NCBI GenBank assembly: GCA_012295275.1
Contig: CM022670.1
Location: 42,336,081 to 42,400,080 of the forward strand
Source of the DNA: Chrysomallon squamiferum
Taxonomy: Eukaryota; Animalia; Mollusca
Reading direction: 5' to 3'
Length of the DNA: 64,000 nt
Shown here: positions 1 through 13,583 of the stretch, in pieces
Numbering within the stretch: the first letter of the stretch is position 1
Layout of the letters: each line of letters begins with the position of its first letter
Position numbers and translations under genes: made by a program
The notes under the pieces: generated by a model
Seen by the model: only the letters and a program-made list of their open reading frames with translations
What the model was told of the DNA's origin: nothing
Databases searched by the model: none

Positions 1-569
1 TGTAGGTTGCTGTGGATTTCAGGACTGAACAGAAGGGCAGTTTCCTCATTGTTTCACAGAAATTCTGCTTTAGAATACTTAAAAGATACAACTTAGTCTT
101 TTTTACTGGTGTCAACAATTTTGATGGTTTTTTTGGAAGCATTTGATATATAGTCTCTCTTTATGGAAATATCTCATTATAACATTTTTAATGCAGTAGC
201 CTACTTCAGATGGAGCACGCCCCATATATTTGTATTAGTTTTAATGTAAACCTAGGTTAACACAGTAACAGAACATTGAAACTACAGTGTACCTTTGGTA
301 ATATAATCGAAATACATGGTGTTGTTGCTGTTTTGTTTGTTTCATTGTTCTCTTGTTTTCTGACTAATTTTAGCTAACAACAATAGCACCATTTAGAAAA
401 ATATTTGTGTACTGCCTTATTTTCTAGATGCCACATTTTTTCAAGTGTTGTGAGAAAAATATTGTTTCTAATCATTAAAGTTTTGACAAATGTTTACATA
501 GACAATATGATTAATGTTTACATAGCTAGACAATATGATTAATGTTTACACAACTGTAATTGATAATAT

Positions 570-1381
570 TCATATGCAAGAAAGGACTAATGTCTACATG
601 ACTAATATGATAATATTCGTATTCATGCAAGAAAGGACTAATATCTACATGACTATAATATGATAATATTCGTATTCATGCAAGAAAGGATAATGTCTAC
701 ATGACTATAATATGATAATATTCCTATTACTGCAAGAAAGGACTAATATCTACATGACTATAATATGATAGTATTCCTATTACTGCAAGAAAGGATTAAT
801 GTCTACATGACTATAATATGATAGTATTCCTATTACTGCAAGAAAGGACTAATATCTACATCAGTACATGACTATAATATGATAGTATTCCTATTACTGC
901 AAGAAAGGACTAATGTCTACATGACTATAATATGATAGTATTCATATTACTGCAAGAAAGGACTAATATCTACATCAGTACATGACTATAATATGATAAT
1001 ATTCCTATGACTGCAAGAAAGGTCTAATGTCTACATGACTATAATATGATAGTATTCCTATTACTGCAAGAAAGGATAATGTCTACATGACTTTAATATG
1101 ATAATATTTTTATTTATGCAAGAAAGGACTAATGTCAACGTGACTATAATATGATAATATTTGTATTTATGCAAGAAAGGACTAATGTCTACATCAGTAC
1201 ATGACTATAATATGATACTATTTGTATTTATGCAAGAAAGCACTAATGTCTACATCAGTACATGACTATAATATGATAATATTTGTATTTATGCAAGAAA
1301 GCACTAATGTCTACATCAGTACATGACTATAATATGATAATATTTGTATTTATGCAAGAAAGGACTAATGTCTACATGACT
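570..1381. repeat. Intronic minisatellite, ~53-61-bp unit (CATGACTATAATATGATAATATTCGTATTCATGCAAGAAAGGACTAATGTCTA)
   Basis: About 15 tandem copies; the last copy runs into the acceptor TTCTTTCAG (AG at 1390-1391). Confidence 0.95.
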
Positions 1382-1391
1382 GTTCTTTCAG

Positions 1392-3234
1392 TAAAGGGTT
1401 TGATAGAAGAAGAGGAAAAACTTGGGATTCCATCAAACCGTGTGGTTATTGGAGGGTTCTCTCAGGGTGGGGCTGTGGCTCTCTACACAGCTTTCAACTA
1501 CCCCAAACAACTGGGGGGTGTGATTGCACTTAGTTCCTGGATGCCACTTCATAAACAGTTTCTAGCATCAGTAAGTTTTATTTATTTATTTATTTATCAG
1601 GCTGAGTGATTTGTTTTTTGTTGTTTTTTGAGATGGAGGTGAGATTGTTGACTTTTAAGTCATTATTTTGTATTACAAATTAGTATTGTTAGTATTTGTA
1701 TGTAATTTTGTTACACATCTATGTGGTTTAATTACACATAAATGTATGGTAATTTTGGTCGTGTGTTGTTTTGTTACACAAAATGTGTGCTAGTATTGTG
1801 ATGTGATATTTTTTGACAGAAAGAGAAATGTAACACAAACATCCCAGTGCTTCAGTGCCATGGGACAATGGACCCTCTAGTTTCATTCAAGTGGGGGGAG
1901 AAGACAAAAGAACTCATCACTTCAGTGAACCCAAATCTTAGATTTCATTCTTTTCCAATGGGACACACTACATGTGAACAAGTAAGCTTTTTCTCTGTGT
2001 GCATCCAAGTAGCAGTTACAAACTGAAAACAATGATTATAACCATTATTGCATTTACACAAAGTCTGATTTAGAAAGTAACATTATTTCCACTGATGTTT
2101 AATCTGTAGCCGAGAAGGCTTTCTTTGAAAATCTGCATAATTACATCCAGAAACCTAGATAATCATCAAAACAATTTCACATTGTTTTAACTTCTTTAAA
2201 TAAATTTTCAGCATACAGAATTTTTTGTTTTTTAAAATATATTTTTTAATTACGATAATGCTGAACAAAGATGTGAGAGTTTAAAAACACTTTTCAAATA
2301 TTTTAATAATTTTGAGTCAGTTCTGACGCATACTGTAAATATGCAGTCAAATAAAAGTTTAAATTACATTATCTTATAGCAAAGTCCTGTGTGTATTTTT
2401 CTTTGATTTCTTTCCCTAGACACATCAAGTATAAAAAAAAATAGTTGATGTCCAACATTAGTTGTTTCTAAACCTGTACTGTGAATTTTTCACTACATTC
2501 ATTGTGTCAGTAGTTACGTCAGACTAAATCATAGACTATGCTGATGCCTCGCTTAGGTCACAGAAACTTGTGACATGTTGTTTCAAGGAAGAGATTTTCT
2601 GATTCAGTTAATTTATGGTTGAAAATAATTCCACACTCTAAATCTGACTAGTTTCACATGGTCATGATCCAGTTTTAGGCAATAATAAAGAATAATAAAA
2701 CAACATATTATTTTACTTTTATTATAAACAACAATAAAACAACACAATATTTTAATGTTAGTTATAAATACACTAATAAAACATTGTTTTAGTATGATTT
2801 TAAATATTAATAAAACAACACATTATTCTAGTGTTATTATAAACAGTAATGAAATTACATTAATTTAGTGTGACTATAAAGACTAATAAAACAATTTATT
2901 ATTTTAGTATTAATATAAACAATAATAAAACAACAGTTTAGTAGTTAATACAAACAATAATAAAACAACAGTTTAGTATTAATATAACAGCAATAAAACA
3001 ACACATTTTAGTATTAATATAAACAATAATAAAACAACAGTTTAGTATTAATATAAACAATAATAAAACAATAGTTTAGTATTAATATAACAGTAATAAA
3101 ACAACACATTTTAGTGTTACTATAAACAATAATAAACATTATTTTAAAGTTATTATAAAAAAATAAAACAGCTTATCAATGTTTTTGTATTTCAGGAGAT
3201 GAAGTGTGTGAAGGAGTTTTTGTCGAAGTTTTGA
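1392..3234 (+). CDS. LYPLA1: Acyl-protein thioesterase / lysophospholipase (LYPLA1/2-like), last three coding exons; 5' part lies outside the window
   Basis: GT-AG exons 1392-1570, 1820-1981 and 3196-3234 splice in frame. Nucleophile motif GGFSQGGAVAL, QCHGTMDPLV (catalytic Asp), MGHTTCEQEM (catalytic His), stop TGA at 3232-3234. LYPLA1 versus LYPLA2 orthology cannot be resolved by eye. Confidence 0.92.
2690..3170. repeat. AT-rich degenerate minisatellite, ~34-37-bp unit (AATAATAAAACAACAGTTTAGTATTAATATAAAC)
   Basis: Tandem copies in the last LYPLA intron, ending ~25 bp before the acceptor. Confidence 0.85.
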
Positions 3235-3672
3235 CACTGTGATGTCTGTAGACTGACAATGCTAACAACTGAGCGGAGATTTGACATCGCACAACAACAG
3301 TGACAGTGTTTTTATACTTCATGATCACAACAACAGTGTTATCCTACTGCTGGTCTACGACAACAGTTTTCTTACTGCAGAATCACAATTGCTGAAATTA
3401 TTTCCTTTTACAAGACTGGGATGGGTAGAGGTGGACTAATATTTTAGTTGGTAACAAGGCAGTGCCTGATTAACGGTGTAAAAGCTGACAAAAGTAACCG
3501 ATGTCTGTTTTGTCACTTACCAGTCAGAGTTGATGTGTCCCATTACTCAGCCTAAACAGAAATTTCCAGTGAATGGTGATTTTAAAGAAAAATTGTTTAT
3601 TTAATTGTTATCTTTAAATAGTTAATAACCTTTATATATCAAATAACTGAAATTTCATGGTAATACATGCAT

Positions 3673-5065
3673 TTAGATAATTAAAACCTGATATTATTGT
3701 TAATTAGTAACAGTCTGTTAGATAATTAAAACCTGACATTATTATTAATTAGTAACACAGTCTATTAGATAATTAAAACCTGATATTATTGTTAATTAGA
3801 AACAGTCTATTAGATAATTAAAACCTGACATTATTATTAATTAGTAACACAGTCTGTTAGATAAAACCTGACATTATTATTAATTAGAGACAGTCTATTA
3901 GATAATTAAAACCTGACATTATTATTAATTAGTAACACAGTCTGTTAGATAATTAAAACCTAATATTATTATTAATTAGTAACACAGTCTGTTAGATAAT
4001 TAAAACAGACATTATTATTAATTAGTAACAGTCTGTTAGATAATTAAAACCTGACATTATTATTAATTAGAAACAGTCTGTTAGATAATTAAAACCTGAC
4101 ATTATTATTAATTAGAAACAGTCTGTTAGATAATTAAAACCTGACATTATTATTAATTAGAAACAGTCTGTTAGATAATTAAAACCTGACATTATTAATA
4201 ATTAGAAACAGTCTATTAGATAATTAAAACAGACATTATTATTAATTAGTAACACAGACTGTTAGATAAAACCTGACATTATTATTAATCAGTAACACAG
4301 TCTATTAGATAATTAATACCTGACATTATTATTAATTAGTAACACAGTCTATTAGATAATTAAAACCTGACATTATTATTAGTTAGTAACAAAGTCTATT
4401 AGATAATTAAAACAGACATTATTATTAATTAGTAACACAGTCTGTTAGATAATTAAAACAGACATTATTATTAATTAGTAACACAGTCTGTTAGATAATT
4501 AAAACCTGACATTATTATTAATTAGAAACAGTCTATTAGATAATTAAAACCTGACATTATTAATTAGAAACAGTCTATTAGATAATTAAAACAGACATTA
4601 TTATTAATTAGTAACACAGTCTATTAGATAATTAAAACCTGATATTATTATTAATTAGAAACAGTCTGTTAGATAATTAAAACCTGACATTATTATTAAT
4701 TAGTAACACAGTCTGTTAGATAATTAAAACCTGACATTATTATTAATTAGTAACAGTCTGTTAGATAATTAAAACCTGACATTATTATTAATTAGTAACA
4801 GTCTGTTAGATAATTAAAACCTGACATTATTATTAATTAGAAACAGTCTATTAGATGATTCAAACCTGACATTATTAATTAGAAACAGTCAATTAGATAA
4901 TTAAAACCTGACATTATTGTTAATCAGTAACACAGTCTATTAGATAATTAAAACCTGACATTATTATTAGTCAGTAACACAGTCTATTAGATAATTAAAA
5001 CCAGACATTATTATTAATTAGAAACAGTCTGTTAGATAAATAAAACTTGTGATTATTATTAATGG
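3673..5065. repeat. Minisatellite, ~44-47-bp unit (TTAGATAATTAAAACCTGACATTATTATTAATTAGTAACACAGTCTG)
   Basis: About 30 tandem copies downstream of the LYPLA stop codon. Confidence 0.97.
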
Positions 5066-6157
5066 TAACACATTCTGTAGATCCATATAAAAGAACAAAA
5101 AATACACTGCACAGTTAGATCATTTGTCATTTTCTGTTTGGTTTGTTAGAAGCTTCAACGTAACCTGTCAGCCAGGCTTATTTATACACTAGAATTGTTC
5201 TGTTCTTGTCAAAACCAATTATTTTATTATTCTTTTTTAATGAATATAGAATCATGTTTTATATTCACTGGCTGGAAAGTAAGGAAGAAAGTTGTTAATT
5301 GGGATGAATCATTGCATCTCTTTTTAAATATAAAAACCAAAACAGGTTGATGTGGCAAACTATTAATGTCAGAAGACCACTGAATCCTCCGAATGCAGAG
5401 ATTTTGTTGTTGTTATTGTACTCTTTATTTTGACATCCTGTTTAATTATTTCAGTCTATAATTATTTCAGTATGACAAAAATCTTCATATCTTCATTTGT
5501 TTCTTGGGGTAAATAAGGTGTGTGTGTGTGTGTGCGTGCGTGCGTGTGTGTGTGTGCGTGCGTGTGTGTGTGTGTGCGTGTGTGCGTGGAAATGTATGTT
5601 TACTGGTATCCTTATAAGATAAATATTAAATTACCATGAAAGAAAAGTTGGTGAAAGTATAATTTTATCTGAAATAATCATGTTTTGAAGTGAACTGATA
5701 TAAAATAGTTTGTTTGATATTCTTAATGTGTCTCCTGTGTGTAGTTTCATAAATGTGTTTATCATTTCATTAACTGTTTACTAATATAGCCACAGTCATC
5801 ATTAATTTTATTGAAAATAACTTTTTGATTTGAATCAGTCTTTAGTGCACGTGCACAAATTAAGGCCATTAAATATTTACACCAACAAAATCTTTATTTT
5901 TCTTGTCTTTTCAAGTTTGTGGTTCTGCTGCTGCTGTAGAGTTTTCATTACGTTTCCATTTTGAAAAATGAAGAAATGACTTTAGTTTTTATACTTGCAG
6001 CAATTATCTTTTTCTTAACCGCTTTATGATCAGTGCTTGCTAGCAGTAAAAGTGTGATAATATTGTTATTGTTGTTAATGTTGTTTATTGCATTTTTGTT
6101 CATTATGTATTTAAAAATTAATTTCCTATCTATTAATACAAGTAATGTAGAGTAAGA

Positions 6158-6998
6158 CAGGAGTTCCCCAACTTTTTAGAACATCGACCCCTTCGTAGAA
6201 TTTTTGATCCATCATCGAACCCCAGGCATGTACAAAAAAAATAAATTAATAATTAAGTAGATGTGCAGTTTCCAAGTGCACTAGTGTTCTTTCATCTCAA
6301 CAGGTTTTGTGGCATCATTACTGAAAGTCTCTGCATAACAGGCACATTGGCATTTTTTTAGTAGTAAATGAAGGTGTGAATTCATATTCAAAATACTTTT
6401 GTGAATACTGTCTGCACTTCGTGCTTGCTAGAAATGTGAAATTTTTTAATGGTAAACGCACAGCTCTCAGTTCACTGACACCACTCTGACAGCTAATGGT
6501 GCTGAGGATGCACTGGCTCTTTCTGGGCTGATTGGTGCCATCAGAAACAAAATAACAGGATACTCATTTTCACTATGTACTTGAAAATAAAGCTAAGACT
6601 AACCTAAAATGTTTTAAAATGTTACAAGACTGAAGTGCTAATGTTGAATAATATAGTTAATATGTTTACCAAATATTTAAAAAAAATAGAGCATATGAGT
6701 AAAGAACCTTCAAGTCAATTCATTTAGGTGAAAAGAAGTTACAACAATCCATTACCTTGTGAGTCCAGCTAATAATAAATTATTATAACTAATATGTTTC
6801 ACTAAAATTTAAATAGAATATATTAATAAATATACATATGAAAAAATATATATATAAATAAAAAATGTGTAACAGCAAGTACATTTTTATTTCTTGTACA
6901 AAATGACAACATTCAACCTCAAAAATTCAAATGACCTTTCGATCCTCGGCTTTTACTGACCCTTTGAATAGTCCCATCGACCACTCTGGAGTCCCCTG
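6158..6998. mobile_element. Degenerate hAT-like non-autonomous element (MITE)
   Basis: Imperfect terminal inverted repeats CAGGAGTTCCCCA ... TGGAGTCCCCTG; internal ATCGACC motifs near both ends; flanking 8-mers GAGTAAGA / CACTAACA match only 5/8. Confidence 0.45.
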
Positions 6999-7033
6999 CA
7001 CTAACACATGAAATCTACACTGGGCCCATTAAG

Positions 7034-7960
7034 GTACACAAGTAATACGACATCTGTATTAAACACATGTACACAAGTAATACGACATCTGTATTAAACA
7101 CATGTATACAAGTAATACGACATCTGTATTAAACACATGTATACAAGTAATACGACATCTGTATTAAACACGTGTACACAAGTAATACGACATCTGTATT
7201 AAACACATGTACACAAGTAATACGACATCTGTATTAAACACATGTATACAAGTAATACATCTGTATTAAACACATGTATACAAGTAATACGACATCTGTA
7301 TTAAACACATGTATACAAGTAATACATCTGTATTAAACACGTAAACAAGTAATACGACATCTGTATTAAACACATGTATACAAGTAATACATCTATATTA
7401 AACAAATGTATACAAGTAATACGACATCTGTATTAAACACGTGTACACAAGTAATACGACATCTGTATTGAACACGTGTACACAAGTAATACGACATCTG
7501 CATTAAACACATGTATACAAGTAATACGACATCTGTATTAAACACATGTATACAAGTAATATAACATCTGCATTAAACACATGTATACAAGTAATATGAC
7601 ATCTGTATTAAACACATGTATACAAGTAATATAACATCTGCATTAAACACATGTAAACAAGTAATATAACATCTGTATTAAACACATGTACACAAGTAAT
7701 ATGACGTCTGTATTAAACACGTGTACACAAGTAATACATCTGCATTAAACACATGTACACAAGTAATACATCTGCATTAAACACATGTACACAAGTAATA
7801 CGACATCTGTATTAAACACGTGTATACAAGTAATACATCTGTATTAAACACATGTACACAAGTAATACGACATCTGTATTAAACACGTGTACACAAGTAA
7901 TACATCTGCATTAAACACATGTACACAAGTAATACGACATCTGTATTAAACAAGTAATAT
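7034..7960. repeat. Minisatellite, 35-bp unit (ACACAAGTAATACGACATCTGTATTAAACACATGT)
   Basis: About 27 tandem copies, including 32-bp variants. Confidence 0.97.
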
Positions 7961-8838
7961 GTAACATCCACACCGGACACATAAAGGTATACAACCCTGT
8001 CACCACAAAAAATAACTGAAAAATAACAAAGACAAGAATTTAAAAATATTTCATCTTTAATTATAATGCATTATTTTCTGATATATTTATTTATTTATTT
8101 ATTTTTGTTTGTTTCACAAATGCATTTTTTGTACAAAATGTGTAAACATAAAGTAGGCCATTTTGTTGCCAGCGACATATTGACCTATGGAAAGAAAAAA
8201 AAAATGATAATAAACAATATAATAAATAAATAATTAACAGACAAACTATTTTTGGACGTGATCTGTTGTTTTTTGCTTTTTCGTTTGTGAAAATTAACTG
8301 AAAGTAAGAAGGCTGACAGGACTTTTATGTTAACTAGAATAACCTAAAATAAGTGCCAGACCATTTATACAGCTCCTAAAAAAAACAACTTTATAAGTAT
8401 ATTAGTATCTGTTAAATACAGATTCGATCTTTACTTTAGAATTTAAGTCTATATATTAAACCTCTGATCCCAAGCTTACTCGATAAATGATCTGGGACGT
8501 ACATCACATAATCATCGAGTTGCTTAGTCTGCCAAAATGAAATATGAGCAGGCAGCAACACTGACCAGCATATTTTAGATATAACTAAATTTGATATTGA
8601 AAGATGAGTTACTAGTGTTTCAAAGTTCCCCATTATATAACATAACCATCCAAATCTACAGAATCCATTCGTAATTACACATGTATTAACTCTAAGGTGC
8701 TCTCCTGTGTTACGAAAATATCAAATTTATACAGATTGTGTTTCACCTTGTATAACATTTTCCTTAGTATTTATAACATGTCTCCATCACTATATCATTA
8801 CTATTACCACTAGCAATCTCATCAGGCTCACCTCCTGA

Positions 8839-9443
8839 CAGAGGCGTGTCTAGGGGAAATAGCGCCAATGGCAAGTACTGAAAGTGCACCTCTATCCAAA
8901 CATATGACACCAATATTTTTTTAAATTATTATTATTTATTAAAAAAAAGAAAAAAAAAAGACCCAGACTGTGGAACTGAAAGCGAATTGAAGAATTCATT
9001 TATGAGGTAAATGTGTGAAAAGTTGTATTCAAATATGTATTTAGGCTTTATATAAGACCGTTGTTCAAGTATATATATCTAAGACTGTATTATATATAGT
9101 CATAAATGTTTAGGTGAGGTAGAAACGCTCAAGAGAGCGTAAATTAAAATATAATCTACTTAAGCCAGAGGTATCCAAACTACAAAAATTTACACCCCAA
9201 TTTTTCTTTATAAGAACATTAAATTTCATTGATTACTATATATATTTTTTTCTTATTACTCTATTACTACAAGCACTATATTGTTACATAATAATTTACA
9301 CAAGTTCTTCAACAATCTGGCCACCCTAATCCTTCTCATACACATAAACAGAGATAATAACAGATCATATGTTTGAAGAATTGTTTTTTTTTCTGTTTTC
9401 CCCATGGCATCTGTCATACCTGTCATATCCTAGACACACCCTG
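8839..9443. mobile_element. hAT-family MITE with perfect 8-bp target-site duplication
   Basis: TIRs CAGAGGCGTGTCTAGG / CCTAGACACACCCTG; TSD CCTCCTGA at 8831-8838 and 9444-9451. A copy lacking most of its right end lies at ~13054-13498 in duplicate 2. Confidence 0.85.
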
Positions 9444-9789
9444 CCTCCTGAGCTATCCTGCTCCAATTCGAAGCCACTCCCGTCTCTAACAGAGCTTGTA
9501 CAAACTGCAGCCTGAAGTTACTGAATTCGACAAACAGTCTGTATGATAGTATAACTTTCCATTTGCATTTTTTGACATTTTAAGTAATAAAACTTTGAGA
9601 AATAATGAATTAGCATTTATCTAACATTTATTCGTATCAGGAGTTTAAAGAGCGGCGAATTTTCCATTGTTTGCCCTATTTGAATTAAATTTTAATATCG
9701 TATCTTGTAGTTGCATAAAATAATTTAGTTCGATATATCTCTCAAATATCAAACAAAAGTTTGAAATAAGAATTAGTCCGTGAGATAAC

Positions 9790-9932
9790 ATTTTTCTCTG
9801 TTATGACCCGGAAGAGTATGCATAGTTATTACCGTCACCTTCCTTTCTAACAAACTTATATTACAACGCGAAAAATTAAACAAAAGGAAAAAAAAGGAGA
9901 TGACTAACAACAAACACAACAAACAATATCTG
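9790..9932 (+). promoter_or_regulatory. Putative promoter and non-coding first exon of TIR gene copy 1 (paralogous site ~15065-15204)
   Basis: ETS-like CCGGAAG at ~9808; strong donor CTG|GTGAGT at 9932/9933; next good acceptor TTTCAG at 11424, just before the ATG. Confidence 0.5.
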
Positions 9933-10507
9933 GTGAGTTGTCGTTTCAATTGTAAATCGTTAAGTACACCGGGTAATGAACGTATTGAAATTTAGGTAAA
10001 AAATATTGTATCAATCAATTGTCACACTTATTCTTTACTTTAAAGTAGGTTATTACCTTGAAAATATACCTTTTAAAAAATGATTGCCGTTTGACTAAGC
10101 TAAGCTTATTCGGGACTTTAAATCTTATACAAGTTATAAATTACGAATTTCTCTTGTAGACAGCCAAATTTTATACAAATATTTTGAGTAGCAGGTACAT
10201 AATTGTGGGTACCAAAATGTGGGGTGTTTTCTGCAAATATGGCGGCCATAGTGATTGCTGTTGCTGTCGATGTCTGAAAAGTTCGATGTTTCCTTTATTT
10301 TGTTTGACTTAGAAATTATGAGGCAAAATAATTCCATAATGAGGTGTTGATTACAAAGACGGTTCTTAGCAAGTTAATCTTTTACGATTTTTTTTTTTTT
10401 AATTAATTCATTCATAAGGCAAATTAACGCAAATTAATTAACTGATAAAATATTAATAATGATAATAACAACAACAACAACAATAGTAATAACAATACCA
10501 ATAATAA

Positions 10508-10543
<36 letters not shown>

Positions 10544-11457
10544 TAAATGAATGTTAGCAAAATGATTGAACAAGTAAAGGCGTCTACAATTATAACCAGT
10601 CTTATAAAATGATTTTTGTTTTATTTTTATTTTATTTATTTATTTTTATTTTTTCTGGTTTGATTTCTATTCAGCTTTTGCTATTTACATAATTAAGGTG
10701 TAAGGTACATTTAAGCTAATTAATGCAACTAATTAATTCATTAAAATTTAGGTATGTTATCAACATGCTTAAAAATACTTAAAGCTTCTTTTTGATATAC
10801 AATACATGTATTGGTTTGAATCTATATAAGATATTCAGTATTTATGTAACCAAACTGAGGAAAGCAATCACAGCTTCTCCATAAATTCTGATGGAAAAAT
10901 ACGGGCAAATTGTATTTAGATAAAAATTCGTAATTTTTGTCATAACAACGCTACCAAAGATATCGTTTTAATCTACTTTATTTATTTATTTTTTATTTTT
11001 TTTGCTGTTTCTAATAATATATAATTTTATAGAAAAATGTTATTTTTGAAAATTTGTCACGTATCTCAAATTTAGATTAATTAATTACTTTATTTATAGA
11101 ACATAAATATTATCGTCAAGAAAGAATATAACATAAAAAATAAAAACACCAACGACAAAACGATAACTGATAATTCTAGTGATAGTTAATTATATCTAAA
11201 ATGAAAAAAAGAAAGAAGTAAGGCTGGGTCTGTATGCGTGGGTACTTTCACAATAACAGTAACACTGATCACTGAACTTGTTACTGTTGTTCTTCTTCCT
11301 ATTACTGTTTTTATTACTGTTATTGCTGTTGATGTTGTTATTGTTCTTCTTGTCATTATTATTTTTAGTGTTGTAATGATTACTTTTCTGCTTGTTATTG
11401 TTATTGTTGTTACTTTTATTTCAGAAAGATGACTGATGCTGTATAAATAAGTGTATA

Positions 11458-12304
11458 ATGGGTGTTATTTTTTCCTGGTTCGGACGACATTCAGAAGAAA
11501 GAGCAGATCCTGAAGGTTCCTCGGAAAAACATCTTTATAAAAACACTCGTGAATCTAGCGTTGATCGCGAGGATATTCCAGTAACACAACCGTCCCGCAA
11601 TCAAAGAATCAGCCATGAAGATGAAGATTCTGACGAGGGTGATACCTCTATGCCTAGTTATGACAGTCAAGGAGTACCAGCAGACGACACTGCAGAACCT
11701 GAGTATAGAATGTACAATCAACAAAATGATGAAGGTATAAACTGTTTTTTGAATGTCATGTATTTGTATGTGTGTAATGTGTATATTTGATGTATATATG
11801 TGTGTACGCGAGTACATCTGTCTGTGTGTATATTATTATTTATTTTTTCCAGGACAGTACCATGTAGCAATCGTTTGTCATGATCGTTATATGAAGCAGG
11901 CTGGTACACTCAAAGATCGACTTCAGACATTATTTCACGGTCAACGAAATCTCAGAATCGGTTTGTCCAGCGAGATAGGTAGCGCTGGAAAAACCGAAAT
12001 AGCCAATCTAGATACTTTGGTTCAAAATGTTCATTGCATACTCTTGTTGATCGAAGATGATTTTTTATCTGATCGTCAGTGCATGTTTGTATCCAATACA
12101 GCCATATTTTCCTCACAATTAAGCAGTTTAGTAGATAAATATGATTATGTTATACCTGTATTTACGAAAGAAAAATCCAAAATTGCTACAATGAAGCCGA
12201 CGATAAAAAGCATTCAGGGAATAAACTACTACAATGAAGTCTGGACAGACGATGTGAAGGAAGTATTTCGAAGAGAGATAGAGCGATGTGTTTACCGAGA
12301 CTGA
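11458..12304 (+). CDS. TIR-domain-only adaptor, TICAM2/TRAM-like, copy 1 (242 aa)
   Basis: Exons 11458-11734 and 11853-12304 (phase-1 GT-AG intron). MGVIFS N-terminus, acidic linker, then TIR pattern YHVAIVCH...AGKTEIANLDTLV...CILLLIEDDFLSDRQCMF...YVIPVF. Confidence 0.8.
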
Positions 12305-13583
12305 AGAAATATCTGAGGAAAAAACCCGTTCTCCATACACTGGAAAAAAAATTAAAATAATAATAATAATAAAAATCATTAAAAAATAAAAATAAAAAAA
12401 GAAATATGAAAGAGATCTTGTACTTTTATGAAATATATTATTAATTTTCTGTGTAATTTCTTTGCAATTAAGCATCGTTCATGTTGGTATTTTCTAGTAT
12501 GCTGTAATATGCATGCCATAAATGACAAATAAATATATATCTCTTGAAAGAAACGATTTCTGTTTCTCTTTGTTTCTTAGGTAAATACATTTGTATATAT
12601 TAATATTCGTCGGAAAAACAAAAACAAAATAATAATAATTAAAAATTGATCATCGTTAACTTTGTAAAAATAATATTTGTTGCTTTAAATAAATTGTTTT
12701 GGGACGTACAACACAATCATCGAGTATGCCAAAATGAAGTTAGGATGCTAATAAAATTACGAGCAGGCAGCAACACTGACCAGCATATTTTAGATATATC
12801 TAAATTTGATATTGAAAGATGAGTTACTAGTGGTTCAAAGTTCCCCATTATATAACATAACCATCCAAATCTACAGAATCCATTCGTAATTTCACATGTA
12901 TTAACTCTAAGGTGCTCTCCTGTGTTACGAAAATATCAAATTTATACAGATTGTGTTTCACCTTGTATAACATTTTCCTTAGTATTTATAACATGTCTCC
13001 ATCACTATATCATTACTATTACCACTAGCAATCTCATCAGGTTCACCTCCTGACAGAGGCGTGTCAAGGGGAAAGAGCGCCAATGGCAAGTAGTGAAAGT
13101 GCACCAATATTATTTTTAATTATTATTTATTTTATTCAAATACACCTAGAGAGTATTGTAGTAGGATATAGAACGAGTTATTAATATAAAAAAATAATAA
13201 TAATACAAAATAAAAACGAGAAGAATTCAAAAGACTTTGTGAAATATAAAGCGAATTGAAAAATTAATCAGTGAGGTAAATGTTTGAAAAGGATGAACTT
13301 ATTAAGAGAAATAACTAAATCCAACCACCCTTCATTAAATAAAAGTTGTATTCAAATATGTATTTAGGCTGTATATAAGACCGTTGTTCTAAGATTGCGT
13401 GTATTATATATAGTCATAAATATTTAGGTGAGGTAGAAACACTCCAGAGAACGTAAATTAAAGTATTAAGCCAGAGGTATCCAAACTACAAAAATTTGTC
13501 TCCTTAGCTATCCTTCTCCGATTCATAACCACCCCCATCCCTAACAGAGCTTGTACAAACTGCAGCCTGCTTCTATTTTTAGA

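Noticed and set aside
11238-11432. Hydrophobic 64-aa ORF (and its paralog 16521-16715) resembling a membrane peptide
   Set aside because: GTG start and (GTT/ATT)n low-complexity sequence at the 3' end of an intron.
11853-12304. TIR genes as NADase effectors (SARM1 or bacterial Thoeris type)
   Set aside because: The alphaC catalytic Glu position appears to be Val/Ser, and the genes have spliceosomal introns, so they are not bacterial.
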